Shown: piece by piece, positions 50,501 to 62,500 of the stretch
Layout: every line of letters begins with the position of its first letter
Numbering within the stretch: the first letter of the stretch is position 1
NCBI RefSeq assembly: GCF_036588685.1
Contig: NC_086379.1
Location: 21,576,001 to 21,640,000, forward strand
DNA length: 64,000 nt
Direction of reading: 5' to 3'
Origin: Mytilus trossulus
Lineage: Eukaryota
Program-made: the position numbers and the translations under genes
Notes under the pieces: generated by a model
What the model was told of the DNA's origin: nothing
The model's input: the letters and a program-made list of their open reading frames with translations, nothing else
The model's database searches: none

Positions 50501-53500
50501 GTTGGTAATGCAAAAGTTGCAGATAGATTGCTAGTTGACTTTTGTAAAAAATTTGAACAATTGTATGGGCAAGATTTTGTCACACCGAATATGCACCTTC
50601 ATGGGCATTTATATGATTGTATAATAGATTTTGGACCAGTATATTCTTTCTGGCTTTTTAGTTTTGAAAGAGAAAATGGTATATTAGGCTCTTACAAAAC
50701 TAATAAAAAAAACATAGAGGCTCAGTTAATGAGGAGATTTTTAAGAGTCTTTTGCAAGGGAAAAAGAATCCCAAATGGATGAAAGATTTATGTCTTTATT
50801 CAATGATATGTCAAACACTACAAGGGAGAGGGGTACATTAAATGATGTTTCTGTTTCTTTGAAACCTAGCATTCTCGATATGTCATCACAATTTGTACCT
50901 ATAAAAGAAGTATGTTGGTATTTATCAGATAACATTTTTGTTCCAAAAATGAAGGATGCTGTTCTGAGTGATTGTGAAATAAGACTGTTAAGCCAAATGT
51001 ATTCAACACTGTATCAGTATGATTTTATTGTTTGTCCCTCTGTCAAAGTGTGCAAAACCTTGTATTTAAATGGAACATTGCTTGGTTCCAAAATGAGCAG
51101 AAGTGTAAGATCATCCTATATTACAGCTTATTGGTGTAATAACGAAGGGACAATTGACACTGACAATTTCGATTTATCTCCTCATCCAGGACAAATTGTA
51201 CAAATGTATAAGCATAGTATTATTGTAAATGGAGAAACAAAGACACATTTTTTAGCAAAAGTCAATTGGTACAAGAATTTACCTGCTTCTGTACAGCACT
51301 ATTATGGCAAACCGATTGAAATATGGTCTTCAGAATTATTTGTTCAAGAAGGACCTGCATTATTTATACCAGTACACAGAATTAAATGTAGGTTTGTTCA
51401 TGCGAAAGCAAAATTTAACAGCAGAAATGTAATTATTGTTGCACCAAGAGAGCGTCATATTTTATGAATATGGATCCACTTATAATGATACAATTTATAA
51501 TCATATTGTTTTACTTTGTACAAAAAAATACAACTATTTAAGAAATTGATTATTTGACAATGTCAAAATTACAATATTTTCTTGTCATGATTCTATTATT
51601 TAATTTTATGAATGTGTCATAACTTTTTATATATTTTTTCAAAGAAAGTACTTTCTATGGAGTGTATTTGATTATTGTAGATATTTATGATGTTATGAGT
51701 ATTCCTTTTGTATTGGATATTTAGATGTGTTTTGATGTAGTGTGTGTTATACTAATCTTACATGCCAGTACTTGCTTTGAAACAGTTATATGTAAATAAA
51801 TTAAACATAAAGTTTATTATTAAATAAACAATTTTGTTACAATTATTGTAGTTATTTATATACCACTATTATTTATGTTTGCTTAACAAATAGCAAAAAA
51901 GGTTGAGTTCATGCATGGTTCTAATACCCAGGTGTTATACATGTATCATTGAATCATACAAAATTCTTATAAACTATTTCATTTACCGGTAATACTTAGG
52001 GAAAATCTTTCAAATGTATAAAGATGTGTAAATTTTATCATATAACAAAGTATTGGAGAAAGGTCAAATGTTTCCTCAACAGTTTAAGTCAGTGAAGTAG
52101 ATATGTACTCTTTCAGCGAAACATCCTGTAGACAATAGTAGTAGTTAGTTTGCTGAGAATGGTTTATAGACACGACTATTAACATAAGGTTTTACATTCA
52201 GTCATTAATTTGGGGGGGGGGGGGGGGGGGGAGTCATAAATAGTTTACCTATACCTTTTGACGTGCATTAAATGTCACAGATAAAATTTAGAATGGAAAT
52301 GGGGAATGTGTCAAAGAGACAACAACCCGACCAAATAAAAAACAACAGCAGAAGGTCACCAACAGGTCTGTCATAAACATTTTACATACAAAAAATGTCG
52401 AAGGTTGTCTGTTCTCTACCTTCTGACACGCACACAATGTCAAAGGTTGTCTGTCCTATCCCTTTTGACATGCATAAATGTCACAGAAAGTCTTTCCTAT
52501 ACATTTTGACATACCACAAAATGTCAAAGGTTGTCTGTTCTATACCTTTTGATATGCATAAAATGTCAAAGGTTGTCTGCTCTATAACTTTTGATATGCA
52601 TAAAATGTCAAAGGTTGTCTGTTCTATACCTTTTGATATGCACAAAATGTCAAAGGTTGTCTGTTCTATACCTTTTGATATGCACAAAATGTCAAAGGTT
52701 GTCTGTTCTATACCTTTTGATATGCATAAAATGTCAAAGGTTGTCTGTTCTATACCTTTTGATATGCACAAAATGTCAAAGGTTGTCTGTCGATTACATT
52801 TCAAGGTTCACAAAATGTCAAAGATGGTCTTTTATATACATTTCAACATACCAAAATGTCAAAGGTGGTATTTTGTCAATAAAAAGGCGACAAAATATTA
52901 TCTGTAGAAGAAGGTAATCTTTTGATTGTATTTTATTATACCCAAAAGTTATCAAAAGATGATTTTTCATGCAGTGCAATCATTGTTAATTAACCTCTTA
53001 AGTAAAACGAACAACCAATATCATGAATATAGACATCAACAGTCAAGATTTCTTAATCGAAAATAGGACATTATACATACGAAGTCGGTATATATATATA
53101 CGAATGTAACAACTTTGCTGGTATCTAAAGTTCTCAGATCTTAATCACCAAGTCATATAGTTAGTAATAGTCGGCTTTCAGTATTCCGGGTAAAATTGAG
53201 AATGGAAATAGGGAATGTCTCAAAGAGACAACAACCCGACCAAATAAAAAAACAACAGCAGAAGGTCACCAACAGGTCTTCAATGTAGCGAGAAATTCCT
53301 GGACCCGGAGGCGTCCTTCAGCTGGCCCCTAAACAAATATATTGATAATGAACGCCATACTAATTTCCAAATTGTACACACGAAACTAAAATTCAAATAA
53401 TACAAGACTAACAAAGGCCAGAGGCTCCTGACTTGGTACAGGCGCAAAAATGCGGATGAAGGTAAATCCCGGAAAAAGCTTCGAACGCATGACATTTAAT

Positions 53501-56500
53501 CGTGCTGTTTACATTTTTAGTGGATTGATATGTTTACATTTGTCATTTCGAGGTATTGTATAGCTGAATATGCGATATAGGCATTGCTCTTTGTCGAAGG
53601 ACGAGTGGTGACCTATATCTGTTTATTTGGTCTCTTCTGGAGAGTAATCTCATTGGCAACCATACCACATCTTCTTTTTTATATGTATCGGTCAAATTTT
53701 CGAGATGATACTCGTTACGCTTTTGGAAAAAAAGTTATGATTATTACTTTTATCAATGTACATGTATTTGTGTAACTTATATTTGCTTTACTCGAAAATT
53801 CATGGTTCAGCAAGTCAAAATATTATATTACTAAACTTTATTACTTTTTTCTTTGTTTGAAAATGATATTACCTTTTACATATCTGTCTCAATACAACAT
53901 ATCAAAACTGTTTGGTTTTGTGGAACAGGTCTTTGTTTGTAATAGTTTTGGGCCAGAGTATCTCACAGATTTTCCTCAAGCAACGGTTATTGAATGAGGA
54001 AAACTTTTTCATGTCTGGTTGGATAATTCTCCAGCATTCTGCCCCATATAGACGGACTTCACATTGCTGGTGATTATTCTGATCTTTCTTTTTGATGGCG
54101 TTAAATTGGCCAGGTATTAAGAAAATGAGGATGTCACCAAGATATCTTTGCGATGAACACCTGGTGGTAGACGAAAAGGAGGGAGGTCAAAAGAGACCTG
54201 CCACAGAATGATAGAATCAGAGATGAAAGACCTTTGGAAAATCTGGAAGGGGATTGAGAAGAAGGCAGAAGACAGGCAAATTTGGCGAGTACTGGGTGAG
54301 GCTGTATGTGCTGACAGTAACGAAGAGGATGAGTGGATGAGTGAGATTACCTTTACAGAAATCTAAGTCCTCGTCCGATTTATCTTTACAGTCATATAAC
54401 CATTTTCTCTTTGGCTTGAATGGCTTTGAATCACAGAAACGTCTTTCAGCTACACACTGTATATTATCTTTACATTTAGTTAGTCCAGGTCCACAATTAT
54501 AATCTACAAAATATACACTAACAGTATAAATACTTCGTTTTCATTCAATATAATCTGAACAGGTCCATATATAACGTATTAATCTTGTGTCCGAACAGAT
54601 AGTTAATAAAACAGTGTTACGCCAAGGAACGGAAGTTATAGACATTAGTTACTGCTGTTTTTTATCATGTAAGTTACGTGTTATAGTGTTATTTTATTTG
54701 TCTTTATAAATCATATAACTTTTACTGTTAAATACATGTTTTGTAATACCGTTTCATCCTGCTCGATACTTATCCCGCTAGGGTATTGCGGTGGTCATAA
54801 TTTGTATTCGTGTCTTTCCTATTCGTTTATGTGCTTTGTTGATATATGTTTTCTTTAAAAACATAATTGTTTATTTTTATAGTGAATAAGATACTTTTTG
54901 TTTTTATGCTTTGTGACACAGTTATTATTCAATGCCTGGGCAGTATTTGTTATCATTATGTATGATACAGGTGAACACTTTCTGTAATCGTGAGTTTTGT
55001 ACAAGTTACTTCTCATTAAAAATTGATAACAACATTATAAGATAAAGATTGCCATTCAAAAATCACTGTTATAAATATTCAAATACATCGGTTATATAGC
55101 TGTTATAATCTTAGAATTGGGATGTTTATGTTTATATGTACATCATACTAATTCTTTAAATTTATGTGATATAATTTCAATATTGTACTAGTAATTCATG
55201 AAACAATAATGGTAAGCTATAAACATATTATACATGAGGTTGTTAAATTTGATAAAATAATACCTTGACAATATTTTCTTTGAAGGGGCAAGTTGGATTC
55301 AACGCTACATATTCTATAATGAGCGAGACTGCACAAAGCCCACATGGGTATACATCTAAAAGTATCCAAACATTTAACTTGTCCCTCTGGACATGGTTTC
55401 ACTGTAAATAATGCATGTTTATAAACATTAATGAATTTTACTGCTTGTTAATGTTTGAATGACTTTTCAATTTATCTTAACATTTTGGTCATTACGTGCA
55501 TTTGACAATAACTTTGAAAACAAACATATTTTCAAGACTTGGTTCAAAAGAATTTGTACCTTTAGCAATGGTTTTCTACTAAAATATTTAATTTTGTCAA
55601 TCCAGTAAAATTATAACTTCCATCATTGTAGGGTCGGTGTCGTATATATACCACATTACTATTTTGATATTTGCTGAAAATTGTAATTATAAATAAGTTG
55701 TAGTATGAGTACCAATAAGTTCATGTTTGTATATTTTGTAGTCTCTACAACAATGGCATAACTGTTAAAAAAAATATCCGTAGTTTTTATATGACAAACA
55801 AAAAGGGTTCTGTGTGTACATTATCATTCATGTTGTTCGTAGAATATAATGAACAAACAATGGTTTGTTTATCATGTTTATAGAGAAAATAAAGTTTCAC
55901 TTCCCTAAGGCGAATGTGACCGTACATTGATTTGGCTATTGTTGTTAGGATCTTCGATCTCATACATTTATATCTGTTTATAGAATATTTTGTTTTTATA
56001 TATCCTTGGTTATCAAATATTCGACTTTGAGCGTTTCTGATGAAGGTACATCCAGCAAACCTGTATATAAACAAAGGCGATGCAGTTTATTTTATAATAT
56101 AAGCATTGCAGGTTGTAACGTAATATTACCCTGGCATACTTCTAATTCCTCATCTGAATTGTCATAGCAATGTTTTCTACCATCACACACGTGCTTCATG
56201 CTCAAGCATAACTTAAAATAAACGGATCTAGAGTAATGATTTATTGTCCAGTCTTTGCAACGGAACTCATCATCTTTACATTGAAAATTTGTTTCTAAAA
56301 TAAAATGCTGAAAGTTATAACAACATACCACATTTCAGATGTTCAAAAAACCTTAAAACGATCAATTCGATTTGAAAAAAAATGCACTTGTGTTGATCCC
56401 CACTTTTTGTAATGATCAGTGTTTTAGTTTATCTTATTCTAACTCGATTTTTCGTGTTTCTATCCTGTTGATTATTTTTATTTAATCGACGTGTGGTTTG

Positions 56501-59500
56501 CATGATCTCAGTTCCTTATTTTGTCAAAATTAATGACGGGGTAAAAATGTTCTTGTTTTCCTAAAAATTCCTTTTGTGACGTCACGTAACAAGGACACAT
56601 ATTTTTTATTGTCGTTCGAAAAGGAGAATTAAGATTGTCTGCATATCGTTCACAAAACACAATAAAGAAACATATTCCACCATCAAAACTCTTGCACTAC
56701 GATGTTTATCCACTCTTGGTAGTTTTAAATTTGAGAATTTAATAGTCTCCAGTGGATTATTATAGTTCCACACTCGATGCAGTGGTAGAATTTGTATATA
56801 AAACGTATGGATTTAATTATAAACTGAAGGGCTAATAAGTCATGATATTATCATTATTTTATGTGTACCAGTTTGAAGACATACAGTGGAGATCATTTCT
56901 AACCTCTCATTAAATCTGTCAGAATCTGTCAGGAGAACTGTTCTAGGACAGAACGTAGAACTGTCAGCCTGACACCTTTTAGTCAGTTCTAGGTAAGAAC
57001 TGTTCTAGCTAGAACTGATTTGGTCAGTTCTACCTAGAACTGATTTGGACAGTTCTACCTAGAACTGATCCTGACAGTTCTACCCTAGAACTGTTTTAGA
57101 CAGTTCTACCTAGAACTGACCAAATCGTTGGTCAGTTCTACTTCTAGAACAGTTCTGCTGTTAGAATTGATTACAAATTCTACGGCTATAATTGATTTAT
57201 AAATTTCTACGGGTAGAATTGATTTATAAATACTACGGCTAAAATTGATTTATAAATTCTACGGGTAGAATTGATTTATAAGTTTTAAGAACTCTTTGCC
57301 TAAATATAAAGGCTTCGCTAAAATAGCGATTAATATTATAAAGAGTTTTGCTATTTTGCCGGTTTTATTTCAAATTTTTCGTCGGCAAGAGAACATGTTT
57401 AACCCCGCCATATTCTGCATGTATGTGACTGTTCCATGTATTGTCAGGAGTCTGTTATTCAGTGATTTTCTTGTGTTGATGTGTTACATAAATTATTTGT
57501 TTTTCTTTCATTTTTTGAACATAAATTAGGCCATTAATCATGTTAATATTTGGAGGGGGGGGGGGGTAATTATTTCAATTGTTTTACATTTGTCATTCCG
57601 GGAGACAGGATGGCTCGTTTTACATAACAAAACTATCTGACCTTTATGTAAAACATTGTTCCGGCCAAAACCACCAGGTGCGGATCCAGCAGTTTTAAAA
57701 AGAGGGGTTCCCAACCAAGGAAAAGGGGGGGGGGGCTCAACTATATGTCCTCATTCAAATGGCTTGATCGTCCAACAAAAGGATGTTTAACTATATGTCC
57801 TCATTCAAATGCATTGATCGTCCAAAAAAAGGGGGGTCCAACCCCAACCCCCCTTCTGGATCTGCCATAGATCCAGTATAAACTTAAACTGACCATATTT
57901 GATTTCATCATAAAAATCTATAAATTGAGCTGCACACTGCAGGAATCCAGTTTATTTTTAGACAATGATACCTATTATATTGAAAAACATTAATGATTTC
58001 AAAATTTTATTTGCACTCAATTTATAGTACTAGCATGTCCTCTTTTTATTTAAAATATTGAATTGTAAACAAATGTGATATCTGTTTACCAGTAGCTTTC
58101 ATACCTCGGACGGACCGGTTATACAAAAATCTGTTGACCGCATCATTCTAAACTGAATATATAGCAGCACAGTAATTCAGTTATAATTTTAGGTCAAGAG
58201 GGACTGTAATATACAAGTTACAGCAATATTTGAAAACAAGGACCTCAAAATTTTGTTCGCATGAATTTATAGTATGTATAGGGCCAGCATGTCTTCTTTT
58301 TATTCAAAAAATTTAATCGTAAAGAAATATCAGTAGTTTTCATACTTCAGACTAAGTCGTGTAATAAAATATTTTGTCCGCATCTATCTAAACTGACCTT
58401 ATTTGCTCTTTCTTTCTGCAAATCTATATAGCTTCACAGTAATTCAGTTATAATTTAAGGTCAAGAGGGACTGTAATATACAACTTACAGCAACATTGGA
58501 AAACAATGACCTCAAAATTTGTTCGCATGAATTTATAGTATGTATAGGGCCAGCATGTCTTCTTTTTATTCAAAAAATTTAATCGTAAAGAAATATCAGT
58601 AGTTTTCATACTTCAGACTGAGTCGTGTAATAAAATCTTTTGACGGCATCTATCTAAACTGACCTTATTTGCTCTTTCTTTCTGCAAATCTATATAGCTG
58701 CACAGTAATTCGGTTATAATTTTAGCATTGTTTAGGTCAACAGGGACTGTAATATACAAATTACAGCAATATTTGAAAACAATGACCTCAAAATTTTGTT
58801 CGCAATAATTCATAGTGCTAGCATATCCTCTTTTCATTTAAAGTATTGAATCTTAAACAAATATCAGTGGTTTTCATACTTTACACTGAGTCGTGTAATA
58901 AAGTCTTTTGACCGCATCAACCAAAACTGACCATATTTGCTTTTTTTTTATGCAAATCTATATAGCTGCACAGTACATTTGTACTTCAGCTACAATTTTA
59001 GATCAAGAGGGACTGTAGTATATAAATAACTGCAATATTGGAAATTATCGACCACAAAAAAAAAATCGCATCGATTGAGAGTGCCAGCATTTCCTACTTT
59101 CATGACTTTTATTCAAAATATCCCATCAGAAACAATCATCAGTAGTTTTCATACCTCAGACTGACTCATATGTAACATGTGTAACAAAATCATTTGTCTG
59201 CATCAATCAAAACTGACCATATTTGACAGCATCAAACAAAACTGACCATATATGACTGCATCAGCCAAAACTGACCATATTTGCTCTTTTTTATGTCACT
59301 TTTATAGTCGCATAGCAAATCTGTAATATTGTTATGTAAGGATGGATTTTATAATACAAATGATCGAAATATTGGAACACAATGCTACCTAATTTCTTTT
59401 GCATCAATTTAGAGTGTCAGCGTGTCCTCTTTTTAATCAAATATTGCATCATAAACAAATATCAGTAGTTTTCATGTCTAAGACTGACTGGTATAACAAA

Positions 59501-62500
59501 ATTATTTGTCTGCATCAACCAAAACTGACCATATTTACACTTTATTCTGTAAATCTTAATATATAGATAATTATATAGCTGCATAGTAAATAACTTATAC
59601 AATTGAAAAAGGAAATGGCGAATGTGTCAAAGCGACAACAACCCGACCATAGAGCAGACAACAACCAATCACAATGGATTGTATACAATTTAATTCAAAT
59701 GCCAGCATGTCCTCTTTATATTCAAGATATTGAATTGTTAACAAATTCAGTAGTTTTGATATATCAGACTGAGTTGTTTCATTAACATCATTATAAGACC
59801 GCATCAACCAAAACTGATCATATATATACTTTATCATGTAAATACATATGGCCTCATTGTAAAACCAATAATATTTCTATGTCAGGACAGATATTGTATG
59901 ATAAAGAGGACACCAAATTTTGTCCACATCAATTTAGAGCGCCATTATTTCCTCTCTGTATCGATAATATTATTATTTGAGGAATGACTGTAATATTTTT
60001 TCTGTCTATGAAGAAATAATGTTAACATAAAAAATTTGGTGCACACTAAAAAATGCACCTGGCTGGTTTATTAACAGTGTGCACCACATTTTTTATGTTA
60101 TTTCGAATAGATAGAAAAAAATATTACAGTCATTTCTTATAATTTAATTCTAAATTCCATTTTAACAAAATGTTTAAACCTTGGCAAACCATGAAAAAAC
60201 GTTAATGATGTTACAGTCAAATGACCAACTTATATATATGGGCGCTGATAACAAAATAACGTCAGACTTAGACCCGTTACATCCAAACTTAAATTATTAG
60301 ATAATGAACCGTCACAAAAGTGACTTTTTAAGTCAGTAGATCATGATGGTTTTTTTTTAAACTAAACTGTTTAACGAAACTGTTTAACGGCATCATCCAA
60401 CACTCACATGACTGATTCATATACTTTATTTTAAAATGAAAAGTACATGTATGAGAAGTTCTCTTCTTGGAATAGTTTACTGACTATACTGTTAATATAG
60501 TTTGAAGAAGGACAATGATTGGTTTTGTTTGTAGCCTAACGTCAAGTGGCAAATATTTTATTCATGTTCAGATCGAGTATATTTTTCTGACGTTCCAGAC
60601 TCCCAGATATTATTCTACTAATCGGTTATGGATAAGTTTGGCAACGAGATAATGCAAATGTACATAGTTATTTTTTACGTTTAACAATACTGTTTTCATT
60701 AATCCCATATAATTCATCCACTGTACAATTTTCGTTTGAACATTTGTCAAAACAGAATCTTAAATCACGAATGTAAATCCAAGGCAAACAAGGTAAATTA
60801 AGATTAAAGTTATATTTACGAAGAGACTGTTAAAAACGGGGAACGAAGTAACGTAAACAAAGATGTTTCTTTTGCAATCTTATAAAAATATTTCTCCGAT
60901 GAGTTGGATAACCTCCTATCCACTTCGATAATTGTACATTTAACTTTAGATCAGTAAAACATATAGAAAAATCTGCTATTATCACTGTTTATATATAGTA
61001 AAGTAATTGGAACTGATTTTTTCTTCTAAATTATAAAGTGCCCTTTCTGCAGTGACGTCATTTAGAACTGTTCTTCAGTCCTGACTGCTTTGGTCAATTC
61101 TGCTGACAGTTCTACGGTTAGAACTGATTTGGTCAGTTTCACCTAGAACAGTTTAAGACAGTTCTACCATAGAACTGATCCTGACAGTTCTACCTAGAAC
61201 AGTTCTAGGATAGAACTGTTCTAGCTAGAACTGTTCTAGGACAGGTTAGAACAGTTCTATGACAGATTATTCTGACAGTTCTAATGAGAGGTTAGAAATG
61301 ATCTCCACTGTATATGATTTAGTTCTACACGAACATGATTGTTTTTTCATACTTTTCATCTTAGGTATATATAATGAAAATCTAAACTGATTTTCTAGAT
61401 GATCTCAATATAGTCCAATTAAACACATCCAAATTTATATTGAACTCGCTTTATCATATCATTACTATTTAATTTCAAATTCTTATATTCAAATAAACAT
61501 GATATACATGATCATATAATAAAATTATATTGCGATATGTATATCGGAATGAATAAAGGATTTGGATCCTTATATATCTTTGTATAACCCATATCTTTCA
61601 ATAGGTCATACTTCAAAGTAAACATAAAATTCTAATTGTGAAGTTTTTTGAAGATATCATATCAAATTATTTCTGTCTGCATAACGTAGCATATGCTGTT
61701 TCTACTGAAGATTTAAATTGGTGAAATTTCTCTTTTAATTCATGATGAAAATTATACATTTTGGACTTCGGTTATTAACATACCATCACACAAAAACGCA
61801 TGCTCATCTGATCCGTCTAAACAGTCTTGTTTGCCATCGCAGAATTCTATTGCATAAATACATCGTACTCCATCTGCACATTTACGCATTTCTTTTGGAC
61901 AAGGTAGGGCTGTGAAGGTAAACATGATAAACATGTTCTGTTACAAAAATTCGAAAAGGGTAATATATTTAAAAGATGGTTTTATTTGTCTTAATGAAAA
62001 AAATATTTGTTATTAATATATTCAGTTCAACATGAGAAATGATATATAAATTCAATTTTAATAAATTTATTGTTGTGAGACCTTGTATGCCCGTGATTAT
62101 CAATGTATCATATCTGTTGACATTTATTGTAAATTATCGACTGTTTAAATTAGCTAAGCTTATGAACACACATTTCAAATGAATGACTATTTGGGATGCC
62201 ATTCTATAGTAGGGTGATTTTACATTTGTTGATATGGTAATGAAAGGTTCAATGTAAAGTTCGAAGGAAACAATGATTTCTTAATCACGTGTCTAAAATA
62301 TAATATTTGAACATTAATATGTGATTAATGAAAATAATGTAAAAAAGATCATGTATTTTAGATAATGATAATTTTACCATCAGTAATAAATGAACACAAT
62401 AAAATGTAAACCACCAAGCGCAAACAAATAACATTATCATTGATGGTTTTCCTATAAGAAACTTATTTTCCAACTAATATAGGGACGAAAAATACCAGAG

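Larger units (their letters stand above)
29899..52976 (+). mobile_element. 23-kb CACTA/EnSpm (CMC) DNA transposon with cargo genes
   Basis: TIR CACTGCATCAAAAATTGTCTTTCGAT (29899-29924) vs ATCAAAAGATGATTTTTCATGCAGTG (52951-52976) matches at 22/26. CAA flanks both sides (29896-98 and 52977-79). Subterminal repeats occur at both ends and a CMC transposase lies inside. Confidence 0.9.
56884..61310. mobile_element. 4.4-kb non-autonomous Tc1/mariner-like TIR element with subterminal repeats and internal satellite
   Basis: TA|CAGTGGAGATCATTTCTAACCTCTCATTA ... TAATGAGAGGTTAGAAATGATCTCCACTG|TA (29-bp perfect TIR). AGAACTG/CAGTTCT repeat arrays occur at both ends. Confidence 0.75.

Noticed and set aside
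52395-52917. Three overlapping repeat ORFs (e.g. KMSKVVCSIPFDMH x n) and a CRISPR-like periodicity
   Set aside because: By-products of a 42-bp tandem repeat. There are no unique spacers or cas genes, and the DNA is eukaryotic.
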